Of a stretch of DNA of 64,000 nucleotides, positions 46,301 to 57,500 are shown one piece after another. Numbering within the stretch: position 1 is the stretch's first letter; each line of letters begins with the position of its first letter. The notes below the pieces were generated by a model, which was not told where the DNA came from, did no database searches, and worked only from the letters and a program-made list of their open reading frames with translations. The position numbers and the translations under genes are program-made. Source of the DNA: Coniocarpon cinnabarinum (lineage: Eukaryota); contig JAVECO010000123.1 in the NCBI GenBank assembly GCA_051942205.1, forward strand, positions 1 to 64,000, given 5' to 3'.

Positions 46301-48047
46301 ATACTGATTTCTTGCGTACCTGGAAGTCGCCGTCATTACCACCTTGCTGACCATACGTAGCAGCCTCAATAGCTAAAGCGCGGGCCTTGACAGTTCCTCG
46401 GGATTCTAATGGGCGCTTCTGATCCTGTATTGACGCTGCCCAAGTCTTTCTCATGACGGAGTCGAAGTGGACGTCTGTATCAGCTGATGCTGAACGACGG
46501 CAGTGTCCGTGTCCGTGCCATGGTGTGGGATTCCTTGGTCGCAGAATATCTCGCGACGCAATGACTGAAGCATCAGAGCCGGTCTGCGAGTTGTCATATC
46601 GAGCGTTCTTTCGCTTTCTCCCAGCAACGCTTGGGGGACGCTGGTGGGGACTATCGATCTCTGTTTCGGTCCGTGACAGTCTGTGCGAAGCCTTCTCAGC
46701 CTGTGCGTCTTCTCGCGTCAGTTGAGAATCATTGTCAATTTCCTCTAGGTCGCCGGAAGGCGAGCGCTGTGGTGCTGCGAATTGAGTAACGGCTTGATTT
46801 GAGTGAGACCCTTGGTGTATGGTGGTTTGTATGCTTCCCGACTGCGTGCTCCCAGATGTCTGTCTTGCAAAGTCTTCACGACGCGGATGCACCTCAGCCG
46901 ACTTCTGTGTATCAGAGATAGCGTGGGACTGCTGGAAGCGCGGCTGGCTGCTTTGCATGCCTCGAGACTCAGCAACGATTGTGGTGGTTCGAACTTGAGA
47001 TACGGAGTCTGAAGGAGCAAGTGAATCAGAAGGTAGAGCTGTTGAAGACATTGACGGACTCAGAGGTCGGTTTTTGAATGAGCCATCGCTGGAATGCCCG
47101 CCCCGCTCGATATTAACATTGTCACCAAGTCTGGGCAATCCCGCGGGATCAACGGCCGCGTATTTTACTCGGCCGTCGACCGTGTTGTGCTTTGAGACGA
47201 ATACAGGACTGAAGCCGTCAGTGCCTGAAGATGACGAAGGCGCATCTATACTGCTCGATGGAGCAAAGTCTTTCTTCAACACAGCCGATTCGCTCGGCGT
47301 CTGTAAACCACTGCCAGATAGTTTAAAATCCCAAACAGCTCTTGTTGCTTGTGCGGCACTCGAATCTTGCGGTAACATCCCAGCGACACTACCTCCGTCC
47401 TGTTCCTGCTCACGAACCACAGGAAGGACAGTCGAGGGTGGGTGCTCAACACGCACAACGTTTAAACCCACCCTCGACTCTGGCGTGAGCCACGGTGGTG
47501 GACTCGAAGGCATGTGACTAAGGTCGTTGTAGAAAGAGAAACTCTGCTTGTTTGGCGATGACTCTTCAGGAAGCGCTGGCTTATGAAAAATGCCCTCAAT
47601 TCCCGCGGGACTAAACAGATCCTGCTGCCGCAAGGCAATATTTGTGAAGTCAGGCAGACCGCTTTCGGGAGCTGTTTTGGGATGTGACTTCACAAGTGAG
47701 CTTGCGTCCGCTTCGTGGCGTATGACAGACGGCGCAGACGATAAGGTAGCGGTGTTCGAGGGTTGGGCTGTGGGATTTGAGTCACCAGCAGATGCCTTTG
47801 GAAGAGAATCAGCGCTCTTGTTGCGAACCGAGCCGGAGCGAGTTTTTGAGGTCGCGCCTTCGTTCCCAGCGTTCCTCTTGGGATCTGGAAGCGCGTTTTT
47901 ATGCGGGGAGACATAGCGGGGTATGCGGCTGGCGGCCGATGGAGGTAAAGTGCTTGATGCCGTTCGCACACGAGGCGCAGGTAACGAGGCAGGTGGGGAG
48001 TCTTCCCAGTCTTCGGATAGCGAATCTAGCCAGGGCTCTGCGCCCAT
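43314..48047 (-). CDS. NUD1: Spindle-pole-body/septation-initiation scaffold with C-terminal LRRs (Nud1/Cdc11/SepK)
   Basis: N-terminal WLDSLSEDW, RKKSVSTQDYLNEAMRIMDLIRAR, EPDEPYWD followed by many LRRs, and NPLTLGFY..RRVYEMLI..LKKLDG. Likely ATG at 48047. Confidence 0.88.
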   Translation of the reverse strand: MGAEPWLDSLSEDWEDSPPASLPAPRVRTASSTLPPSAASRIPRYVSPHKNALPDPKRNAGNEGATSKTRSGSVRNKSADSLPKASAGDSNPTAQPSNTATLSSAPSVIRHEADASSLVKSHPKTAPESGLPDFTNIALRQQDLFSPAGIEGIFHKPALPEESSPNKQSFSFYNDLSHMPSSPPPWLTPESRVGLNVVRVEHPPSTVLPVVREQEQDGGSVAGMLPQDSSAAQATRAVWDFKLSGSGLQTPSESAVLKKDFAPSSSIDAPSSSSGTDGFSPVFVSKHNTVDGRVKYAAVDPAGLPRLGDNVNIERGGHSSDGSFKNRPLSPSMSSTALPSDSLAPSDSVSQVRTTTIVAESRGMQSSQPRFQQSHAISDTQKSAEVHPRREDFARQTSGSTQSGSIQTTIHQGSHSNQAVTQFAAPQRSPSGDLEEIDNDSQLTREDAQAEKASHRLSRTETEIDSPHQRPPSVAGRKRKNARYDNSQTGSDASVIASRDILRPRNPTPWHGHGHCRRSASADTDVHFDSVMRKTWAASIQDQKRPLESRGTVKARALAIEAATYGQQGGNDGDFQVRKKSVSTQDYLNEAMRIMDLIRARKQVATSDWSSNSGIETDEHQNLDVELDRSVQSLDRPPSRDGPISGWRSGKSARHTDPRIESQLRKFEETGDESFLVSSIVRSVKMTGNGAFKHEQDGITITDDPGRELERRNSDPGQLNTSPDIEDPDGIFDSAETAKSSSTQKMSSIGRIAPETVSHLIKDEEAGMRFDTTRQTWIKCKLRPLQPSSTNVPVSSSGTEDDPLGGIPDLSVYEERRNAKRDQDDSEERDAEWQPAGSSFENINRESKRQHENACFVTDDPLDLDVEKRSKSSEAKHSGKLPVAGNKSNLTADWDAPTETIESHDDDREQDDAVASLPRPREKTRRREQSVLFSSPPVSKEWEAKHWTSSSGPSHPHPENDSDDFDPESSQIARLYPTHRKEKHSSQARQNQHWSRSVSLSQSEQLQEISFVEQRPDGRTFSLSMSVSTPVQARRHSNARALTSTGLRNCSFVGSLSPLSDFSVSNDDHQHRMNNALSRPVEMLKHHGRTTARTALTTNALVEKLADAEPDEPYWDFMHRLNLADQRLDTLNMLDEFCPRLEELNASNNELQHLSGVPASLRKLDMSNNRLTSLTDLSHLRNLQSVHLSHNSITTIAGFGSLTHLRELNLAHNCIDEIDGLLDLDGLIAVDLSHNKISSVDLTSAQLMSLKTMDLSHNYISSISGLSSLTSLKKLDVTDNRLSQFMSPNLVTNSSLKNLTIKQNQIERLDVSLWPSLKILCADENNIASVDNISGHSSLHTVYLRSQKLRTGQAVCLDDFIHLTNVYLCGTSLGPMLSLTVPCLNLCHLDVSFTGLQALPSNFGTLVPNLRILNLNANGIKDIRPLEGIVALNKLLVAQNRLSRLRNFVKVLNRLSALLPDGSRLDEIDVRANPLTLGFYAAMDGSLRTSKRDVTIPCKQTATGHVLQEQEQAVDELHLSRLDRDMKMKRRVYEMLIGSKCGKLKKLDGKEFERDKLQRQDDTWDGLVNMGVVCKVT

Positions 48048-48742
48048 ATTGACGAACTTGGCCGCTCGTGCTGCTGGATTGTTGGGCTCGGCGCTGCAAC
48101 GGGCTGTGTCGAAAGACTTCCGATCACATTGCGCAGCTGAACCGGAATGCGTTCGCGGGACGACTCCTTGTTGGGTATTCAAGCGGCAAGCGCGCCTAAG
48201 AAAGATACGAATTGGTGAGTGATGTGTGCTTTGAACGTGATCAAATCGATACAGATGTGCTATGAAAATACGGCCAAGCTACGCGCGCTCACGTGTTTCT
48301 GATGTTGATTCTGCTTAGTCAGCAAAAGCGGTTGCTATCGCGACGTCCGTTTTCAATTAAGCAGGCGTGGTACCGCGCGATTTTCGTGTAAGACTTGTCG
48401 CTATCGACTGTGCGGAGGTGCCAGCAACTCCTCGTTTCCGCCACAACCTCACACTAGAGTGTCTCATGCTCTACCATCATTCGAGGAGAAGACCGCTCTT
48501 TCTGGATATTTGAATTGGCATCTCTGAAAGCCGGGAAGCTTCTGCAATCTCCAACTACCAGGATAACCCTGCTTGGCAAGCAAATCCCGGCGGCCTGTCT
48601 GACAGACTATGTCTTGCACCGCCCTTCGATTGATCGCCATTTGCCACGGACCTTCAACGTTTCGCAAAATCAGCCCAACTGCCATCATTTGATGGGCTCC
48701 TCTCATCCTTCACTTCCACAAGCTGTATCCCATTAGTTTGAA

Positions 48743-50947
48743 ATGGTCGTCGAGAGTGCTGCAATTTGTGAGCACCTTGTGGTTGATCATCCGCAAAATG
48801 CACCGACTCATCAAGACAACGGGCGCTTTCAGTACAAAGTCGAGGAGGCCGCAAAGCGCTATTTGAAGACGGGACGACTTTTTGTGCTAAGCGCCAATCT
48901 TAAAGGACCTTTTCCTCCAGGCTGGGAGAGTCCTTGGTATCGACAAGCAAAGAGGCGAAAATTGTCAGAACGGAGTTGCGACGAGAATGCAACTGCCCGT
49001 AGCGAGCCGGAAAGCCGACACAATGGCACCCTACATGCCTCCGATGAATACGGCGCAACGTCTGCGCGGAAGAAAAGTGTTCCACACTCGCAGCGACAAG
49101 CACTGGTACATCCAGTTGACCTTGCAGCCCTTCCGACACCCGTGCCCGACGACGACAACATTGTGTCAACCACCCGGAACGCGCCCGGCGCTTTAAACAG
49201 GAAAACTGACTGTGTGCCTACGACGAAGCTTGCGAATTTCAAAGAACAGACCAGGCCTGCTAGAAACAATGTGTCGAGCGATGAACCTAGACACGGCAAC
49301 ACAATCACAAAAGTGCCCACTGATAGAAAATTAGAAGTACCCAATGCTTCACATGAAATATCCGCAGACTGGAGCACAGCAACAACTCAAGCGCCTAAGC
49401 GGGCTGCAAAAGTGCTGCATCACAAGGCTTGTGAATGGTGCGGCATTGACAAGTCATATCAATGGCGAAGAGGTCCAAAGGGTCCTGGGACGCTTTGCTG
49501 CAGTTGTGGTTCCAAATGGACTCATCAACAGAAGAAACTTCCCGAGCAAGGCGTACAGAGGGACTTCGACAGGTCATGCGAAAACCCGCATCAGAGGAAG
49601 GTACCGAGACCTGGGTCGTCGCGGGAAGATGAACCATCTGCAGGAATTCATTTAGGGGCGAGCACGTCTTCTTTGAGACACCTCCAAACCTGCCGGAAAC
49701 TTTTCCCGTCTGACGAAATCCGATCAGCAATCATGTCCAACGAAGCCACTCGTCTGGAGGAGCTGCTCTGGGCTGAGGTAATAAATTTGAGAGGGCAACC
49801 TTCTCCAACGATGAGAGCTTGGAATCGCAGTCCTCACAAGAAGGATCAACCTGAGTTTGCCCCGTCGCTCAAGCCAAATACTAGCCTATCTCCTAGCGGC
49901 AATCGTTGCGCCGTGGAGTCGCGCCATGATCCATCTCAGGGGCAAATCACTGACCAGCGATCTTCAAACCTTGTGTCAAAGAAGCGAAAGGTGTTGAATT
50001 TTGACACCCCAAAGACTATCCAACCCGGACTACTAGCCAAGGTAAACACAAGAGAGAATGCATGGGAAGCTCAACGGCACGGTAGTGACAAGGAGAACGA
50101 CTCAAGGGTGCCACAGCAATTGACTGGGCATGAAAAAGACCACAGAACGTCACCCGCTTTCAATGATCATCAAGCTGGTCATTCTGCAACAAAGAAAAGC
50201 GATTCGTGCGAAGCTAGCCACGATATGGACCCGAAATCCTTGCTCAAGAATAGTCTACTCAACGCTACGGTGACTGCGCAATCAACAACGTCACGGCTGC
50301 AGCAGTCATGCGAAACTACGTTGTGGTCAACACAAGCAGCTTTAATTGAAGCTCAAATGGCTTTAAGAGAGGAAAGTCCCTCGCACAAAGCTAATCCTGT
50401 CAGCTTGTCAGGCTCAGTCTCTCAGCTTTTCACTCCAACCTCACGCACTCCTCCACGGTCGCCAGCGGCTCCTCCTACCCTATCTGCCCAGGCCTTTATC
50501 GGCACTCAACATCTCTTTGACCAGACCTTGCACTTCGGAACACCGAGTCCTTTGAAACAACAAGAAAGTGCGGCGAACGAGGAAACAATGAAATACACGT
50601 CAGATTCAATAACGTCCAATGACCCGTGGGAGCCTCAGCTCCCAGATCAGCTCACATCACCTCCCTGTTCTGAGCCAGACGTGCAACAGCAACCTGTGCA
50701 ATCTGTCCGCGAAAGTGTTTGTGGGGAGACAGCGTTGCCCTCAACGCCACAGAAGATCAATGAACAATGCCGGACGCCAGAGTCCAAGACCACAACAATG
50801 AGTCCTGCATTGTTCAGCAAGTCAAGCAAGACAGGGAGACGTGGTTCGGATGAGAGTCCGCGCCACCCGCAATTTGGCGCTGTGGACATGGACATGGACG
50901 CCGTATTCGACGAAGCAACATCTATTTTGGGCACATGGCGAACGTGA
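48743..50947 (+). CDS. Protein with a single GATA-type zinc finger (CX2C-X18-CX2C) in a disordered scaffold
   Basis: CEWCGIDKSYQWRRGPKGPGTLCCSC. N-terminal block AKRYLKTGRLFVLSANLKGPF..GWESPW. Confidence 0.78.
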   Translation: MVVESAAICEHLVVDHPQNAPTHQDNGRFQYKVEEAAKRYLKTGRLFVLSANLKGPFPPGWESPWYRQAKRRKLSERSCDENATARSEPESRHNGTLHASDEYGATSARKKSVPHSQRQALVHPVDLAALPTPVPDDDNIVSTTRNAPGALNRKTDCVPTTKLANFKEQTRPARNNVSSDEPRHGNTITKVPTDRKLEVPNASHEISADWSTATTQAPKRAAKVLHHKACEWCGIDKSYQWRRGPKGPGTLCCSCGSKWTHQQKKLPEQGVQRDFDRSCENPHQRKVPRPGSSREDEPSAGIHLGASTSSLRHLQTCRKLFPSDEIRSAIMSNEATRLEELLWAEVINLRGQPSPTMRAWNRSPHKKDQPEFAPSLKPNTSLSPSGNRCAVESRHDPSQGQITDQRSSNLVSKKRKVLNFDTPKTIQPGLLAKVNTRENAWEAQRHGSDKENDSRVPQQLTGHEKDHRTSPAFNDHQAGHSATKKSDSCEASHDMDPKSLLKNSLLNATVTAQSTTSRLQQSCETTLWSTQAALIEAQMALREESPSHKANPVSLSGSVSQLFTPTSRTPPRSPAAPPTLSAQAFIGTQHLFDQTLHFGTPSPLKQQESAANEETMKYTSDSITSNDPWEPQLPDQLTSPPCSEPDVQQQPVQSVRESVCGETALPSTPQKINEQCRTPESKTTTMSPALFSKSSKTGRRGSDESPRHPQFGAVDMDMDAVFDEATSILGTWRT

Positions 50948-52745
50948 GGAAGGCCTCAAGCCCGTGTTTGACTGAGTTCTGGTCGACGCGCTTGCAAGTG
51001 ACGAAGACCAGCTGCATCTTTCAACATGTCGTCATATGGAGACGTACATAGGCAGTGTTCGATTACATGCCTGGCTCACCCAGTCAAAAGCGATCTTCAT
51101 TCTAGACCGTTTCCCGACCCGCCTATTACGGCAGTGGCTCGGTCAATGGGTGATTTGGCGGCGTGTAATGACTGGCCCAACAGAAAGCGGCTAGCTTGCA
51201 TACGAGAGAAAGGTTCGATGTCGGGCATTCAGAGGGCGCCTGTTGTGATACAAAACTCGGGTTTGAAGCGAATGAACAAGACAGCGAGCCAGGACCACGT
51301 TGTCAAGCAAAGGGGTCTCATTGGACGGGCCACATGCACAGCAATCCCTGCTGAGAAAAGAGAGCGAAAAGGCGCCAGGATGGACCACCTCCGCGAGACA
51401 CACGGAAACAGACTCCGGTGTAGCAAGTGAGTGAAGGGACAGAGCTGGTCTGGCGAGGGAAGCAGGGCCAGCATGTAGAGATAAGTGTGGACAAATGGAA
51501 CGAGGTGATCGTCACGGCTGGACGCGACAAGCCAAGATCGGAGGGACTTAGAGCGCCGGAAGGTGTGTGTTTGGCTGGCAGGGGCGGTGTATAGTCATGC
51601 AAGGGTGTCTTGATGTAAAGAGTGGGCAGATACCTGAGGTATTGATGTTACAGAGTGCAAGGGACGTGAGGCTGAGATTAGTATGTGCTTTGTCATGGAT
51701 ACACTGTTGAATGTGCTGCATTGCTGCGTGATGCAACTGCTTGGCTTGCTGCGCGCGATCAACAACACCGCGTCTCTCAAGACATGCGCACAAAGATAAG
51801 ATATCGCTGTCAGAGGTTAAGGTACCTTTGTGCTTTCTGAGATTGCTCACGTGCCCAATGAGAAGCGCGCACGGCAGGGTGCCGAAAGGCTTGTCATTCA
51901 CGTGATAAGCAGATGCAGTGAATGGCAATGTGACACCGCGGGAACCATATCGGACAGTTTTTGACCTCTCAGGTGCTCAAGTACTCTCGTACCTTGCCTA
52001 CCTTTCCCTCTCCCCACGTGCACTCCCTCGACGCACTCTCTGGCCTTAGACCACTTCCTCGACCTCCCTCCTCCACCGTCGCTCATTGCGCACACACATC
52101 CGCCTGACACCACCAGTCGCGACGCGCCCGCCCTGCCACTAACACCTAGACTCCTAGGCTGTCCCCCGCCGATCGTGCACTGCGGCATGCGCGCTCGTCC
52201 ATCCGGTCCCTCTGATTAGAACAAAAGTCCGACCTCTAATCTTCTCTGCCCAACCCTCACCGCCTTCGCCGTCCACGTTGCTTAAATGTCTTCATGTCCA
52301 ATTCTCGACATGTCTCTCCTCCCTCAACTGTCCCGTCCAGCCTCCGCGATGCCTCTCACCACTCGTCTGCAGATGGCCCCGCTCTCCCCTCCCGAACCAC
52401 CCTAACACCACCTGCTGCGATCGCAAGCCCGCGATCGAGGCCATACACCGCTATCTTCGAACCACAGCTGTCTGAGCGGGACAGCATCTTTGCCACGCAC
52501 TATTCAGACCATGTCGAAGATTGCCACCCTGAACAATCCCTCACGGTTCCCCCACACGAGCAACAAAGGTGAAGTTGCCCCAGCTCCTTGCTTGACTATC
52601 AGATGTCGTTTGGAGTGCCGCTTAGACATGCTGGCTCGCCCAGTCATGACGAAATGAGTGAATATGGCATCGAAGAGTTTGTTTCCCTCTGGCGTTGAGT
52701 GCTGACATTCCGCAATGTAGGGCTGCTCGCACGCAACCTCCTAAA

Positions 52746-55700
52746 ATGGCTGCTTCCCTGACAATTCGTCAAACACAAACACATCCACACAATCACCCGC
52801 TTCGTGAACACTTAGCTCCACCACATGATATTTTTATTTACAATGAAACCACTGGAAACAATCGTCTCACCAGTCCATCAGCTACCGGCGACGTGCCCAG
52901 TAGTCACGGCAGGCGGGTCAGTGCCAAACTCGCATCTGAGCATCTGATTGCACTCCCGCCTCTCTCGAGCTCCGACTCGGCAAGTCAGTCTCATCGACGT
53001 TCTTCGTCACCGAACAGGCATGAAAAGGACTTGTTTGGGCCGACAAGAGTTACCGAAGACGACCGACAGGCGTATCGCTCGTGGAGGGAGGGGAAAGCAG
53101 TCTACGGAGGAAGAGTCATGGGGGAAGAGAACAGTGATGGCGAGATCGAAAAGAGAATCGAAGCCACCTTGCCACGAAATGAACCCATCATCAATCCTAG
53201 AAGCCGTAAGGCAAGCCAGTTGATGCGCATTTTCGACCACGACACGGATCCCCGTGCCGCTTCATTAATGTATTCGAAAGACTCGCTTCATGCACCCGAT
53301 CGAGGAAGTCGACACGGTGTGTATACTTGTTTTGGTCACCGACAAAAAGATTTCAAAGTGCTAACGATCAACATAGTAAAAGACAACTCCGCCAGGCCAG
53401 CGCACGCATCTGAGCGAACACCATCTGATAAACGTATTCTGGAGAAAAATACTGAATCCTCAAGCTCGCCAGAAGAGATTGGCAAGACGGCGGACGAGTG
53501 GCCTCAAGTGGAGCCTCTCATTGAGAAAGACCCAGTCTGCGCTCCAAGATCGCCGCGGAGAGGGTCAGCAGAAACGCTTGGAATTGACAAAGGAAGAGTC
53601 ATCTCTTCTGCCGTCTACTACCCTCACAGGAGCTTGGAGCGTCAACACACTCGGCCAAATGACCGCAATACAAGTCAGGTAGGTTCCAAGGACAGGAGTG
53701 CAGTGCCAAAAGTCGAGCAAGCGGCTTCAAACGCTACGCGAAAAGATGCTCAGTTGGAAAAAGACATCGAATTTGCGATCCAATCAGAGGATGAAAACCA
53801 GTACCTACATGGAACATTGCCCCCAAGAAAACGATCGTCTCAGGTCGATACGGCTAGGAGACCGACTTTCTCGGAATCAGAGACAGAGCCAAGCGAAACA
53901 GAAGACGAGCTCGGCGATCCTACGACACCACGTGCTCGACCTGCAGATACTGCCGACATTGATCAGATCCAAGCTATCACCTTGGAGCCTTACAGCCATC
54001 AAGTCGGCGGTCATACGTCCATCTATCGCTTTAATCGGAAAGCAATCTGCAAGGAGCTCAACAATAAAGAGAACAGGTTTTATGAGACTATCGAGCTGTA
54101 CCATCCAGAGTTGCTTCAATTCATGCCTAAGTACATTGGAGTGTTGAATGCGACCTTTGAGGATAAAGGTAAGCGTGCCTCAAAGACCAGGACAGCAGAC
54201 AATTTCGGTCAGCCATCGACTGAAGAGCCGACCCTCCAGCGCAAAGAAGACCAGCCACGGATTTTCAGCCGAAAGCAACGAATGGATGTACCTTCTCCTG
54301 AGATCTATCTGAACATGAATCGTCATATCTTCCCAAGCGACTTTTATGACGCGAGGAGTAGCTCTCAGATTATTGCATCGCATCTCCCAAGCAGCAGCTC
54401 TGGCGATGACCGAAGTCAAAAACCGAAGGACAGCTGGGGGGCTACAATCATCAACGCTGATCTACAAAGAGAAGTGTTTCGAGACGCATTTCGCCCTCCT
54501 CGAATTTTGAGGAGCAAGAAGCGCGGCGGGAAATATGACGGCGGCCGATTAGCCTTCAGTGGTCGGCGAAAGCAGAGTATATCCGACCTTCCGTCTACGC
54601 AATCGTTACAAACAGTGAGCAAAAAGAAGAAGCCAGATGACCTCAAAGCGCAGCTCATGCAAGACAGTCCCTGTCACCTAACACCCAAAAGTAAGACAAC
54701 GGTCGACGGACCAGGACTTGCCTCACTCTCCAGAAGCGTATCGGCGATTCAGCGTCTCGCCACAAAAGACACTCTTGCCAGCCCCAGTGAAGATGCTGCG
54801 TCGGATATCGAGACGATGTCTAGAAGACCAACCATGAAATCCGTACGGCGTCGTCACTCCGGCTCTGGCTTGCACAGGAAGCCAGACGATCCTGAGACTG
54901 GACGAATGGGAGATCTCGAGTTTTACGAAGACCGTGCTCCAAACCAGGACGATGAAACATCTTTTACGCTCGACAAACAGTCGCGCGCATCAGAGTTACC
55001 CAATTCAGCTAACTCTCCTGAGCATGATCCAGAGAGCTCTCGAACAGCCGCGTCATCGAGCTCCGTCGACGTCTCACCGTCATCATCTCCGAAGATTGCA
55101 CAGCAGTTTCAGTCCCTTAATACCCTTCCTCTGGAAGACCCGAATGATACAGCCTTATCTGATACGTCGCGCATCCCCTTGAATCCCAAGGAAGCTCGCG
55201 TCAGTGGCGACCGATCCATCACAGAGTTCATTTTGATTGAGGATCTACTCATTGGCCTCGAGCGTCCGTGCTCACTGGATCTGAAAATGGGAACTAGGCA
55301 ATTCGGCATTGAAGCAGACACCAAAAAGCGAAAGTCTCAGCGCAAAAAATGTGACAGGACCACTTCGCGTGATTTAGGAACTCGTGTGTGTGGCATGCAG
55401 ACCTGGGATGTCAACACTGGTCAAAAGAGCTTTGTCGACAAGTATGCGGGTCGTGATCTGAAGCCTGGTCGAGATTTCCAAGGCGCATTGAAGACGTTCT
55501 TCTTCAACGGGAGCGACTACGCGGCCGCACGGCGCCATATCCCTGTCATCCTTGAAAAACTCGACACCATTGCGAAGATTGTGCGGAATCTCCCTGGGTA
55601 TCGTTTCTACGGAAGCAGCTTGTACATCATCTATGATGCCGCACCTCGCAAGCACCGGCGCATGAGCTCGAACAGATCCGATCGCAGTGTCCAGGGCCAG

Positions 55701-56021
55701 GAGCTAGACTCTAGTGACGATGATGACATGAGAGTCCGCATCATTGACTTTGCCAACTGCGTGACGGCAGAAACAACGGATTTGTCAAAGGCTTCAGCGC
55801 CACCCGCGCATCCCGATGGTATTGACCGAGGATATTTGCTTGGCATACGAACACTCAAACGGTATTTCCGCCAGATCTACCACGACTTGGAGAGTCCCCA
55901 TCAGTGGGAAGAACGTGGAGAAGTGCTAGGAAAGGGGATTGTGGAAGACAAGCTTCGCATCGCTGGTGCGGACGGCAGCTTGGTCGAGGATGAAACGACA
56001 GATGGTGATATCAGCACGTAA
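52746..56021 (+). CDS. KCS1: Inositol hexakisphosphate kinase; possible additional upstream exon
   Basis: LEPYSHQVGGH, KELNNKENRFYE, PCSLDLKMGTRQFG, YRFYGSSLYIIYD and IIDFANC. A splice-acceptor-like signal near 52720 suggests an earlier exon. Confidence 0.92.
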   Translation: MAASLTIRQTQTHPHNHPLREHLAPPHDIFIYNETTGNNRLTSPSATGDVPSSHGRRVSAKLASEHLIALPPLSSSDSASQSHRRSSSPNRHEKDLFGPTRVTEDDRQAYRSWREGKAVYGGRVMGEENSDGEIEKRIEATLPRNEPIINPRSRKASQLMRIFDHDTDPRAASLMYSKDSLHAPDRGSRHGVYTCFGHRQKDFKVLTINIVKDNSARPAHASERTPSDKRILEKNTESSSSPEEIGKTADEWPQVEPLIEKDPVCAPRSPRRGSAETLGIDKGRVISSAVYYPHRSLERQHTRPNDRNTSQVGSKDRSAVPKVEQAASNATRKDAQLEKDIEFAIQSEDENQYLHGTLPPRKRSSQVDTARRPTFSESETEPSETEDELGDPTTPRARPADTADIDQIQAITLEPYSHQVGGHTSIYRFNRKAICKELNNKENRFYETIELYHPELLQFMPKYIGVLNATFEDKGKRASKTRTADNFGQPSTEEPTLQRKEDQPRIFSRKQRMDVPSPEIYLNMNRHIFPSDFYDARSSSQIIASHLPSSSSGDDRSQKPKDSWGATIINADLQREVFRDAFRPPRILRSKKRGGKYDGGRLAFSGRRKQSISDLPSTQSLQTVSKKKKPDDLKAQLMQDSPCHLTPKSKTTVDGPGLASLSRSVSAIQRLATKDTLASPSEDAASDIETMSRRPTMKSVRRRHSGSGLHRKPDDPETGRMGDLEFYEDRAPNQDDETSFTLDKQSRASELPNSANSPEHDPESSRTAASSSSVDVSPSSSPKIAQQFQSLNTLPLEDPNDTALSDTSRIPLNPKEARVSGDRSITEFILIEDLLIGLERPCSLDLKMGTRQFGIEADTKKRKSQRKKCDRTTSRDLGTRVCGMQTWDVNTGQKSFVDKYAGRDLKPGRDFQGALKTFFFNGSDYAAARRHIPVILEKLDTIAKIVRNLPGYRFYGSSLYIIYDAAPRKHRRMSSNRSDRSVQGQELDSSDDDDMRVRIIDFANCVTAETTDLSKASAPPAHPDGIDRGYLLGIRTLKRYFRQIYHDLESPHQWEERGEVLGKGIVEDKLRIAGADGSLVEDETTDGDIST

Positions 56022-56435
56022 AGAAATGGGGGACGCTGTATCTCACGGGTTTTTCATTGCTGCGTTTAAGCGATTATCCATCCGACTTGTAGGCTATTCA
56101 GGGCTGGCTTTGCAACATGGAGCAAGGCGTTGGCGAGTGTGCAAAGAGTCGCGCAGATCAAACAGATGCGGCCTGTCAGAATAGCCTCTAAATTAGAAAT
56201 TCAGAACAGTCATTCGCCTTTGATCGTGGCACTATGAAACGGGCTATGAAGAGGCCCATCAGACGTGAACCTAATGCGTACAGTCTGTAGGTGAAGATCT
56301 TTGGGAGAAACCAATGCCAAGACCAGCCGGAGATCCTTCCGCCGTCTTGAATTTACTTCTACAGACGTTCAAGAGCTCCAACGTCATTGACACAACCCGT
56401 CCCAGCTTGTAAATCATTCGATAGACGACTTCGGA

Positions 56436-57500
56436 ATGCCTTCCTCACGGTCCAGCTCCGCAGACTCCTTCAAATCGACCCATTCCCACGCTACGTCTCC
56501 CTCTTCGCCCTCCAAACGAACCACTAACACCGCCGCCTCCGCTCTTCCCAATCCCCACCTGCCTTTCAATAACGAATTCCACGACCACCATCACAATCAC
56601 AATCACGAACATGACCAGGAACATGTTCAGGATAGTCATACACCGACAGCCGATCCCACAACCCTCACACCCGCCGAAGAAGCAACCCTGAAATCCCAAT
56701 TCCTCTCCCATAAAACCGAAGCAAATGCCCAATTTGGGATAGGTGATTACACCTCCGCGCTGCAAACTTATGATAAAGCACTTGCATCTCTCCCCACTCA
56801 TCTGGACTATGAAGTCGCCGTGCTAAAGAGCAACATTGCGGCTTGTCGGTTGAGACTGAGGGAATGGAAAGAAGCGGAGACGTCGGCGTCGGACGGAATC
56901 AGACGGTTAGAGAAGATGGATCCGCTTTTGCAGAAGCGAAGGGAGGAGAGGGAACGAAAAGCGCGAGAGCGAAAGGAGGAGAAAGGTAATGCAAAGGCTG
57001 ACGCAATGAACGGCCAGAGCAAGAGGACTGGACGCGAGGAGGGAGTGAGCGAACGAAGCGGCCACGTCGAAGAAATCGACGACGAGACTGCTGATCTACT
57101 GGAACACTACAAAACCCGTACCGGCCACACCCGCACCGACGTTTCAAAAATATACACCAAACTCCTTTTAAGACGGGGCGCCTCTCGGTCTGAACAAGGC
57201 GGATGGCAGAATCTCGAAGGCGCCTTTGAAGACTATACCACGCTCCACGAATTGAATGCCGAACCAGGCTCCCGACTCTCCCACACAGATAAGGGAACAG
57301 TGCAGACCGCGTTGGCGACGTTGCCGGGACGAATCAATGGGGCGCGGGAAAAGGAAATGGGCGAGATGATGGGCAAGCTCAAGGATTTGGGAAATGGGAT
57401 TTTGAAGCCGTTTGGGCTGAGTACGGAGAACTTCAAATTCGAACAGCAGGCTGGGGGTGGCTATGGGATGAGTTTTGAGCGGAATCCGGGGGCAAAGTGA
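56436..57500 (+). CDS. TTC1-like tetratricopeptide repeat protein
   Basis: KTEANAQF..GDYTSALQTYDKAL, LKSNIAAC, and C-terminal EMMGKLKDLGNGILKPFGLSTENF. Confidence 0.88.
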   Translation: MPSSRSSSADSFKSTHSHATSPSSPSKRTTNTAASALPNPHLPFNNEFHDHHHNHNHEHDQEHVQDSHTPTADPTTLTPAEEATLKSQFLSHKTEANAQFGIGDYTSALQTYDKALASLPTHLDYEVAVLKSNIAACRLRLREWKEAETSASDGIRRLEKMDPLLQKRREERERKARERKEEKGNAKADAMNGQSKRTGREEGVSERSGHVEEIDDETADLLEHYKTRTGHTRTDVSKIYTKLLLRRGASRSEQGGWQNLEGAFEDYTTLHELNAEPGSRLSHTDKGTVQTALATLPGRINGAREKEMGEMMGKLKDLGNGILKPFGLSTENFKFEQQAGGGYGMSFERNPGAK

